Positions 25,064 through 32,000 of a DNA stretch of 32,000 bases are shown piece by piece. A program made the translations under genes and the position numbers. Each line of letters opens with the position of its first letter. Positions within the stretch are counted from its first letter, which is position 1. Origin of the DNA: Allobaculum fili (lineage in GTDB: Bacteria > Bacillota_I > Bacilli_A > Erysipelotrichales > Erysipelotrichaceae); the NCBI RefSeq assembly GCF_020969955.1, contig NZ_JAHDSX010000020.1, forward strand, positions 1-32,000, read 5' to 3'. The notes beneath the pieces were generated by a model. The model was not told where the DNA came from. It was given only the letters and a program-made list of their open reading frames with translations, and made no database searches.

Positions 25064-26187
25064 TTTATTTCGATCATGCAGCAACCACCCCTGTGAGCAG
25101 GGAAGTTGCTGCTCTTTTTGTAAAACTGCTCGATGAATACGGAAACCCGGATTCCCTTCATCAGCAGGGAAGAAAAGCAGCAAAGCTTCTCGAACAGAGC
25201 CGCTCGCGCATCGCTTCCATGCTCAAATGCTCCCCGGAAGAAATCCTCTTTACCTCCTGTGCATCGGAATCCAATTCGATGGCGATCGTCGGCTATGCTT
25301 TAGCCAACAGGAATCGGGGAAACCGCATTATCACATCCAACTCGGAACATTCCTCCACGACGGCCGCGATGAACTTTCTCGAATCGATCGGCTTTGAAGT
25401 GGTCCGTCTGCCCATTCACGAAGACGGAACCATTCACGCCAAAGACGTACAGGACGCGCTGACGAAGGACACCCTGCTCGTCTCGCTCATTCACGTCTCC
25501 AATGAGACCGGCGCTATTACGCCGATCGGCGAGATTGCGGATGTTGTCCATACCCATCCCACCTGCGTCTTCCATGCGGACTGCACGCAAAGCTTTGGCA
25601 AAGTGGATATTCCTTTTGAAAAGCTCGATCTGATGACGATGTCTGCGCATAAGATCCACGGCATGAAAGGATCCGCACTTCTCAAGAAGAAAAAGAACCT
25701 TGTCCTTCAGCCGCTGATCTTTGGCGGCCAGCAGGAACAGGGCATGCGCGGCGGCACCGAAAACGCGCCCGTCCACATCGCGCTGGCCAAGACGATCCGT
25801 CTGGCACTCGAAGGCCAGAAGCAGACCCAGGCACAGATGAAAAAAGTCCGGGATCACATCATCGAACGGCTCGATGAAATTCCCGGCGCGCACGTTCTCT
25901 CCCCGGAAAATGCGGCTTCCTCCATTCTTTGCCTCTGCTTTGATGCCATGACCAGCCAGGTCATGCAGAACGCGCTCGATGAGCGGGGAATCTGCGTTTC
26001 CGCCATCAGCACCTGCGAGTCCCGTTCCCATCAGGCCAACCCGGTTCTTCTGAACATGGGCTGTTCCTTAAAGGAAGCGACCCACAATATCCGCCTGTCC
26101 TTTTCGGGCGAAAACACCATCGAAGAGGCCGACGCATTTATCGACAGTGTAAAGGAGATCATCCAGGCTTATGGATTACCGTTATGA
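25060..26187 (+). CDS. nifZ: cysteine desulfurase (class V aminotransferase, NifS/NifZ-like) paired with thiI
   Basis: IYFDHAATTP, PLP-lysine motif SAHKIHGMKG, and an active-site Cys region (SAISTCES). ATGA overlap with the ezrA stop. Confidence 0.92.
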   Translation: MIYFDHAATTPVSREVAALFVKLLDEYGNPDSLHQQGRKAAKLLEQSRSRIASMLKCSPEEILFTSCASESNSMAIVGYALANRNRGNRIITSNSEHSSTTAAMNFLESIGFEVVRLPIHEDGTIHAKDVQDALTKDTLLVSLIHVSNETGAITPIGEIADVVHTHPTCVFHADCTQSFGKVDIPFEKLDLMTMSAHKIHGMKGSALLKKKKNLVLQPLIFGGQQEQGMRGGTENAPVHIALAKTIRLALEGQKQTQAQMKKVRDHIIERLDEIPGAHVLSPENAASSILCLCFDAMTSQVMQNALDERGICVSAISTCESRSHQANPVLLNMGCSLKEATHNIRLSFSGENTIEEADAFIDSVKEIIQAYGLPL

Positions 26188-27370
26188 CCATATTCTGATC
26201 CGGTACGGCGAACTTTCTCTGAAAGGCAAGAACCGGCAGAACTTCATTCAAAAGCTCAAAGACAATCTGAAAAAAGCGCTCAAGGGATTTCCGACGCTCG
26301 AACTCGAAACCCAGTACGACCGCATGTATCTTTATCTTCATGACGAAGATCAAAAAAAAGTGTGCGACATCGTCTCCAAAGTCTTTGGCATTTCCTCGTT
26401 TTCTCCGGCGATTAAAACGGAGCCGACGATGGACGCCATTCTCGAAGGCGTTAAAGCCAGTGTGGACTTAAGCACTCCGCACACGTTTAAAATCCGTGCA
26501 AGACGCCACGACAAAATGTTCGAGCACGATTCGGATTACATCAACCGCGCAGCGGCGACCGTCATTCTCAAAAGCAGCGACTGGAAAGTCGATGTCCACA
26601 ATCCGGAAGTGACGATCCTGATCGAAGTCCGCAAAGATGCGGTCTACATCATGTCCGAGAAAATTCCAGGCGCCGGCGGATTCCCGGTCGGTGTCGGCGG
26701 ACGGGCGATGATGCTGCTGTCCGGCGGTATTGACTCTCCGGTTGCCAGCTATCTCATGATGAAGCGCGGCGTGCATATCGAATGCGTGCACTTTGCCGCC
26801 CCGCCGTACACTTCCGCCGAAGCGCGTGAAAAAGTGTATGCGCTCGCCCGGCTGCTCGCTCCGTATCAGGGCGATGTTGTCGTTCATGTCGTTCCGTTTA
26901 CCACGCTGCAGCTGGCCATTTATCAGAACGCGCCGGAAAGCTATGCGATTACGCTCATGCGCCGTATGATGATGCGCATTGCAGCAGGACTTGCGGAAAA
27001 ACGCCATTGTCTCGCAATCGGTACGGGAGAAAGCGTTGGCCAGGTAGCCAGCCAGACGCTGGAGAGCATGTACGTCATCAACAACGTGACGAACATGCCG
27101 CTCATCCGTCCGCTCGTATGCATGGATAAGACCGAAATCATCGATATCGCCCGAAAGATCGGTACGTACGAAACGTCCATTTTGCCTTACGAAGACTGCT
27201 GCACGATTTTCACGCCGAAAAATCCAGTAACCCGTCCGAAACTCGAAAAATGCATCGAGTACGAAAAACGCTGGGACTGGCAGGAAATGGTTTCCGACTG
27301 CATTGAATACGCGGAAACCATCCGCCTTCATTTCGAAGAACCAAATAAAGCGGAAGACGATCTGTTCTAA
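26171..27370 (+). CDS. thiI: tRNA 4-thiouridine(8) synthase ThiI
   Basis: YDHILIRYGELSLKGKNR (ferredoxin-like/THUMP N-terminus) and the PP-loop SGGIDSPVA. It overlaps the desulfurase gene by 17 nt. Confidence 0.95.
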   Translation: MDYRYDHILIRYGELSLKGKNRQNFIQKLKDNLKKALKGFPTLELETQYDRMYLYLHDEDQKKVCDIVSKVFGISSFSPAIKTEPTMDAILEGVKASVDLSTPHTFKIRARRHDKMFEHDSDYINRAAATVILKSSDWKVDVHNPEVTILIEVRKDAVYIMSEKIPGAGGFPVGVGGRAMMLLSGGIDSPVASYLMMKRGVHIECVHFAAPPYTSAEAREKVYALARLLAPYQGDVVVHVVPFTTLQLAIYQNAPESYAITLMRRMMMRIAAGLAEKRHCLAIGTGESVGQVASQTLESMYVINNVTNMPLIRPLVCMDKTEIIDIARKIGTYETSILPYEDCCTIFTPKNPVTRPKLEKCIEYEKRWDWQEMVSDCIEYAETIRLHFEEPNKAEDDLF

Positions 27371-27394
27371 GCCAGAATGTATTCAAAACTACAG

Positions 27395-27438
27395 GCAGGG
27401 AAGAATTTCCAGTTCGAAATTCTCCCTGCTTTTCTTTT
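27395..27438 (+). terminator. rho-independent terminator after thiI
   Basis: gcagggaagaattt / aaattctccctgc stem followed by ttttctttt. Confidence 0.8.
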
Positions 27439-27658
27439 GAACTTTGCGTTTTGCGTTCTGCTCCTTGCCTGCTGCATTCGCCGTCTCCTTCTCGATCCAG
27501 ATGCGAGGCGCACACAGAGCCTCTGTTCCCGTTTTGTCACCCGTTCTGACATCTTTGGGCTCCAGCTTCCCAACCCTTCCGCAAGCAAAGAAGACGGACG
27601 CCAAAATCCAGACGCGCCTAAAACCGGAGAATAGCGAGGGGCGCTTTATAATGAGGGC

Positions 27659-28429
27659 ATGAACTGTCCAATCTGTCATCAGCCCCTGCATAAGGAAAAC
27701 CGCACCTGGAAATGCCCGAACAATCACGCGTTCGATCAGGCCAGACAGGGGTATGTCAATCTCTGCCGCAAGCAGAAAGTCACCGGCGATAACGAAGCCA
27801 TGTCGGCTGCCCGTACCCGCTTTCTCGAAAGCGGCGCCTATGATTTTTTACGCGAAGCCATCGCGAAAAAGATCCACGACCTCCATCCCAGAATGTACAT
27901 CGATCTTGGCTGCGGAGAAGGCTATTACACCCGACGCTTTGCCAAGGAAGTCGAAGAAGGATACGGCATCGATTTAAGCCGTCCTTCCATTGCACATGCC
28001 GCCGGTCAGGACAAGCAGACGCAATACATTGTCGGAAGCATTTTTGAACTGCCGTTTGCCGATCTGAGCGCGGATCTGCTGACATCGATCTTTACGCCGA
28101 TCCCCGCAAAGGAAGCCAGACGGGTTTTAAAAGAGGACGGTTTACTGATCACAGTCGGACCCGGAAAAAACCATCATAAGGAACTGAAGGAAGTCCTGTA
28201 TGAAAACGTCCGTCTCAACGATGAGCCAAAACAGCCGGAAGGCTTTGAACTTGTCGATCGTACGGAGCTGAGCGAGCTCGTTCATGTCGATGACGTCTGG
28301 AGCCTGCTGGAAATGACACCGTATCGCTACAAGTCACCTGCTGAGGGCCTTGAGCGCGTCAAAAACCTGAAAAACGGTCTGGATGTCACCTTTGACTTTG
28401 TGATCAGCACCTGGAGAAAAGCAAAATGA
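27659..28429 (+). CDS. rlmA: 23S rRNA (guanine-N1)-methyltransferase RlmA family
   Basis: Zn-finger N-terminus CPICHQPL...WKCPNNHAFDQARQGYVNL and a SAM motif (IDLGCGEGYY). Confidence 0.9.
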   Translation: MNCPICHQPLHKENRTWKCPNNHAFDQARQGYVNLCRKQKVTGDNEAMSAARTRFLESGAYDFLREAIAKKIHDLHPRMYIDLGCGEGYYTRRFAKEVEEGYGIDLSRPSIAHAAGQDKQTQYIVGSIFELPFADLSADLLTSIFTPIPAKEARRVLKEDGLLITVGPGKNHHKELKEVLYENVRLNDEPKQPEGFELVDRTELSELVHVDDVWSLLEMTPYRYKSPAEGLERVKNLKNGLDVTFDFVISTWRKAK

Positions 28430-29744
28430 GAACAAAAATAAAAAAATGGGGAATCAACGGCGAAGGCATCGCCTACGTCAATAAGAAGGCGGTCTTCGTA
28501 CACCCGGTGCGATTCCCGATGAAATCGTGGATATCGATATTGATCACGACTTCGGCAGCTATGCGCAGGGTCATGTGGAAAAGATCGTCCAGGAAGCCCC
28601 GCGCCGGCGCAAATCGCCCTGTCCGATTTCGAAAGAATGCGGCGGCTGTGCGCTGATGCATGTCGACTACAAAGGCCAGATCCGCATGAAAGAGCAGATC
28701 CTTAAGGAAGCGCTGCGCCGCTATGCGCACTATGAAGGACCGATTTTTCCTGTCATCAAAAATCCGGATCCTCTGCAGTACCGCAACGCCTGCAAGCTTC
28801 CCTTCGGCTTAAAAGACGGCAAAGTCACCACGGGCATGTATGCGCGGGAAACCAATGATTTCGTTCCTGTTGAACGCTGTCTGATTCATGCCAAAGGTCT
28901 GGAACGGGCCCGCATGGAACTCAATACGCTGATCGACCAGTCCGGACTTCCCGTTGCCGATAAAGAACATCCGGAAGGCCTGAAAAATCTGGTTCTGAAA
29001 GAATTTGACGGCAAAATCCATATCGTTCTGGTTACCGGAAAGATGGACATCCCGGAACGTCTGGTTGAGCAGATTCTGGAAAAGTCAGATCATGCCGCTT
29101 CCGTCTGGCAGTCCATTAAGGAACCGGACGATCCGGAACACGAACTGTTTGGCCGTCAGATGCTGCATCTGGGCGGCGATATGAAAATGACGCTTACGCT
29201 GGGCGAGTTCACGCTGAATCTTCTGCCCAAATCGTTTTTTCAGCTCAACACGAAACAGGCGCTCGCTTTATATACGCTGATCGAATCCTGGCTGCCGGAT
29301 CATACCGATCTGATGGTCGAAGCCTATTGCGGCATCGGAGCCATCTCGCTTTTTGCGGCGGATAAAGCTAAAGAAATTATCGGTATCGAATCCGTAGAAG
29401 ACGCAGTGGCCAACGCGAGTGAAAACGCACTGCTCAACGGCAAGGAAAACCTTTCCTTCGTCTGTCAGGATGCGGCAACGGAACTGAAGCGGATTTCGCA
29501 GAAACGTCATGTCGATACGCTGGTCGTCGATCCGCCGAGAAGCGGTCTGGACCGTACCATGAAAGACGCCATCCTGAAAGCACAGCCGCAAAATCTGATC
29601 TACGTTTCGTGCAATCCGTCCACGCTAGGAAAAGATCTGGACGTTTTGCAGAAGAAATACGCGATCGAATGCGTACAGCCTTTTGATTTCTTCTCGCAGA
29701 CTCCGCACGTAGAGACAGCCGTAAAGCTTTCTCTCAAAAAATAA
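28426..29744 (+). pseudogene. rlmCD: 23S rRNA (uracil-C5)-methyltransferase RlmCD/RumA family, interrupted by a 1-nt frameshift near 28501-28506
   Basis: Frame 1 gives the TRAM start MRTKIKKWGINGEGIAYVNKKAVFV. The TRAM domain continues only in the -1 frame (PGAIPDEIVDIDIDHDFGSYAQGHVEKIV). Then come the 4Fe-4S Cys cluster (CPISKECGGCALMH), SAM motifs (EAYCGIGAISL, VVDPPRSG) and the catalytic YVSCNP. Confidence 0.8.
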
Positions 29745-29886
29745 AATTCCAAACGGAATCGATCGATCTTCTTTCCATTCCCTTCAAACCCTTCTGCTCC
29801 TTCTGTTCGTTTTATCTCTTCGATCCGTGGCCTGTCAGACGATGGAGACGCTGAAGATCCGAACAGGAGGGATAGATTCACAGAAC

Positions 29887-29935
29887 AAAATCCTCATGCC
29901 TCTGGATGATTTCCAGATGCATGAGGATTTTTCTT
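29887..29935. terminator. long hairpin with terminator geometry 140 nt downstream of rlmCD
   Basis: aaaatcctcatgc (29887-29899) pairs with gcatgaggatttt (29919-29931), with an inner tctgg/ccaga stem. The T tract follows on the + strand and an A tract precedes. Confidence 0.6.
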
Positions 29936-30734
29936 TAGCGCAGATCGGCTTTCTTAACGGCACGAAAGGCACCCGATCCGAGGGGGCCTGAAGACAGAGG
30001 ACAGCGCAAATCCGCGCAGGAAAAAAAGCTGCCCAAAGGAGCGGACAGGCCATTTTCGGCGAAAGATCAAAGGATAGAAATAAATAAAAATAAGGTATAG
30101 AAACGCAAATAAATCCGTCGGATTTCACCAAGGCTCTCGCTAAAAATAATTACCGTAGTTGAAATATAAATAAATTCAAATTGGATAAATTAATACCAGA
30201 AAGTAAAAAGTGCAAACGATTGAAATAATTCAAATATATATAAACTGTCAGAATAAAAGCATCATAAATTGAATACTGATTAATTTAGACAAAACCGTTA
30301 AGAAAAAGTACATCGCAAGCCACGAAAGCTGACACTATTCTAAATACATTGAGGGGCTGACTCGCTTGCCCAGGCAAGCCATATGACCAGAAACGCCAAC
30401 TGGTCTGCTGAGCAAAGAAGCCTGCTCTCGCTCAAAAATCCTGCACCTCAATTTCATTAGTATTTCGTTTTTCGAATGACCCGCTCATCTCTTTCTTTCC
30501 CAGCACATCGAATTCCTTGCTTTCCCGTCTCGGGTAAAACCAGGAACGCACGAAGATCATCATAAACCATCTAATCCTCAGGAAGAGAGTCCGGGTTTTG
30601 TACGGCAGCCCGAGCGCCCCGCTTTCGTATAACTTTACGAACTTGAAAAAGAACGAAGATAAGAGATTTTACAATCCTTAAGAAAAATTCAAATCGATGA
30701 TGCCCGATTCATCTCGTGGAAAGGACAGGCGTTT

Positions 30735-31019
30735 ATGAATAAAAACTCTCTGCGCCGCAAATCCCGCATTGAACTTCTCGAACTGCTGCTCGCCTCCCGG
30801 GAAGAAAATCAGAAGCTTCGCAAGGAAAACGAAGAACTGAAAGCTCAGCTTGCGCAGCGACAGATCCATCTGGAAAACAGCGAATCGCTGGCACATGCGG
30901 CCTTGAAACTGGCCGGCGTATTTGAAGCAGCCGATCAGGCAGCTGCTCTCTATCTCGAAAGTCTGAAGGAGAATTATTCCGATCATGAATCAGAAGAATG
31001 CACCGAAGAAGCCCTCTGA
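30735..31019 (+). CDS. small coiled-coil protein of unknown function
   Basis: 94 aa. SRIELLELLLASREENQKLRKENEELKAQLAQRQIH... then SLAHAALKLAGVFEAADQAAALYLESLK. RBS ggaaaggacagg. It overlaps lepB by 35 nt. Confidence 0.6.
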   Translation: MNKNSLRRKSRIELLELLLASREENQKLRKENEELKAQLAQRQIHLENSESLAHAALKLAGVFEAADQAAALYLESLKENYSDHESEECTEEAL

Positions 31020-31587
31020 TCCAGACATGCCTTCCGTATCCGAGATCCGAAGCGAAATCGATCGCGTCCGCTATCGAAAACGCTACTGGAAATCGGTTCG
31101 CGGCATTCTTCAGACCATCCTGGTCGCGGCAGCGGTGGCCGTTCTGATTTCCATGTTATGGATGCCCGTTCTGGAAATTTACGGACCAAGCATGGCGCCT
31201 TCTCTGGAAGAAGGCGATATCGTTGCCGCCATCAAAAACAGCAAATTCGAAACGGGCGATGTCATCGCCTTCTACTACAACAACAAAATTCTCGTAAAAC
31301 GCGTCATGGCCGGTCCAGGCGACTGGATCGACATTCACGAAGACGGAACCGTTTTTGTGAATGGAGAAGAAATCGATGAACCCTATCTGACAGACAAAGC
31401 GTACGGAGATCCCGATATCGAATTTCCTTATCAAGTTCCCGAAGGACGCTGGTTCGTTCTCGGCGATCATCGAAGCATTTCCAAGGACTCCCGAAACGCA
31501 GAAATCGGCCCTATCGCTTCTGAAGATATTGTTGGACGGCTCGTCTTCCGCCTCTGGCCCAACCCAGGACCAGCCGGCGACAGTTAA
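30985..31587 (+). CDS. lepB: signal peptidase I (S26 family)
   Basis: TM anchor, catalytic Ser box (GPSMAPSL), Lys box (ILVKRVMAGPGD) and GDHRSISKDSR. The alternative start at 31027 would remove the overlap. Confidence 0.9.
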   Translation: MNQKNAPKKPSDPDMPSVSEIRSEIDRVRYRKRYWKSVRGILQTILVAAAVAVLISMLWMPVLEIYGPSMAPSLEEGDIVAAIKNSKFETGDVIAFYYNNKILVKRVMAGPGDWIDIHEDGTVFVNGEEIDEPYLTDKAYGDPDIEFPYQVPEGRWFVLGDHRSISKDSRNAEIGPIASEDIVGRLVFRLWPNPGPAGDS

Positions 31588-31912
31588 CTGTTTCTTCCAT
31601 AATCCGGATTCATTGTCCTTCCGAATATGGATCCGATTCACATCAATTCGTATAGGCAGTAAAGGTCTCTTGCCAGGGAAGGCAGAGTCGCCTTATTCAT
31701 ACAAAATGGCTTAAGCAAGCCAGAAAGAAGGGATACGCAGACAAAAGAAGGTTTTACCCGTATCAAAACAGGAAAGGCTGAATCAATTCGATCCAACATC
31801 ATTCCTTGATTTATCCCGGACGTTTACCTTCCTTTACTGCAGGAGATCTGAATCGTCAGGAGTTGAATTCGAACAGCCCAAAAAGAGAAAAAGACAACAG
31901 AAAGGAAAAACA

Positions 31913-32000
31913 ATGAAATCCAGAAAATTTTTAATTTCATCCGCGATTGCCCTTTCGACAATGCTCGGAACTGCAGCGCCGATGATGAATGCGATGCCGA
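31913..32000 (+). CDS. 5' end of a secreted/exported protein (partial, runs off the window)
   Basis: RBS gaaaggaaaaa, then MKSRKFLISSAIALSTMLGTAAPMMNAMP, which has signal-peptide character. Confidence 0.5.
   Translation, partial: MKSRKFLISSAIALSTMLGTAAPMMNAMP

Noticed and set aside
27377-27727. Several overlapping 72-112 aa ORFs in the thiI-rlmA spacer.
   Set aside because: They overlap each other in different frames and strands, lack SDs, and cover the thiI terminator. They are most likely non-coding.
28495-28510. Programmed -1 ribosomal frameshifting as an explanation for the split rlmCD.
   Set aside because: There is no X XXY YYZ slippery heptamer and no obvious downstream stimulatory structure. 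An indel in the C run is the simpler explanation.
29897-29992. A 31-aa ORF (MPLDDFQMHEDFSLAQIGFLNGTKGTRSEGA) downstream of an aggaggg motif at 29865-29871.
   Set aside because: The ATG is about 25 nt from the SD-like motif and is buried in the terminator hairpin stem. It is unlikely to be translated.
30060-30340. AT-rich core considered as a replication origin or DnaA-box cluster.
   Set aside because: Only one weak DnaA-box-like sequence is present (ttggataaa, two mismatches to TGTGGATAA). There is no dnaA or dnaN nearby and no box cluster.

Overview
The window is mostly a housekeeping chromosomal segment from a low-GC Gram-positive (Bacillota-type) genome. Supporting signs are a T-box leader, EzrA, CW_binding_1-type cell-wall repeats and Bacillus-like rpsD / ezrA-nifZ-thiI synteny. 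It opens with the last bases of a 23S rRNA gene plus a 5S rRNA and terminator.

Gene content, in order:
- ArsR/SmtB repressor divergent from a split HMA-domain / Cd-Zn P1B-ATPase operon with a clear promoter and operator
- SnoaL-like protein
- internally duplicated 12-TM membrane protein
- tex (-)
- AlkD-like DNA alkylation repair protein
- T-box-controlled thrS lacking the N-terminal TGS domain, overlapped by an orphan lipoprotein solute-binding protein
- rdgB-trmL
- secreted cell-wall-binding NlpC/P60 hydrolase, isolated between two large gene-free gaps
- inactive plus active M16 peptidase pair
- tail-less SSB
- two orphan proteins
- rpsD (-)
- ezrA-cysteine desulfurase-thiI
- rlmA, followed by a frameshifted rlmCD/rumA-type methyltransferase
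- small coiled-coil protein overlapping signal peptidase I
- 5' end of a secreted protein

No CRISPR array, tRNA, transposase or recognisable defence genes were seen.

Most worth a second look:
1. The uncharacterised acidic / basic-tailed protein pair at 20519-21827, with the terminator-bounded GC-rich non-coding tail at 21828-22118.
2. The 1.2 kb repeat- and palindrome-rich gene-free region at 13890-15119.
3. The roughly 1 kb gap at 29745-30734, with a strongly AT-rich core and a cloverleaf-like helix set.
4. The 1-nt frameshift in rlmCD.
5. The T-box / TGS-less thrS / lipoprotein arrangement.

All functional calls come from motif recognition by eye. None has been confirmed by a search.
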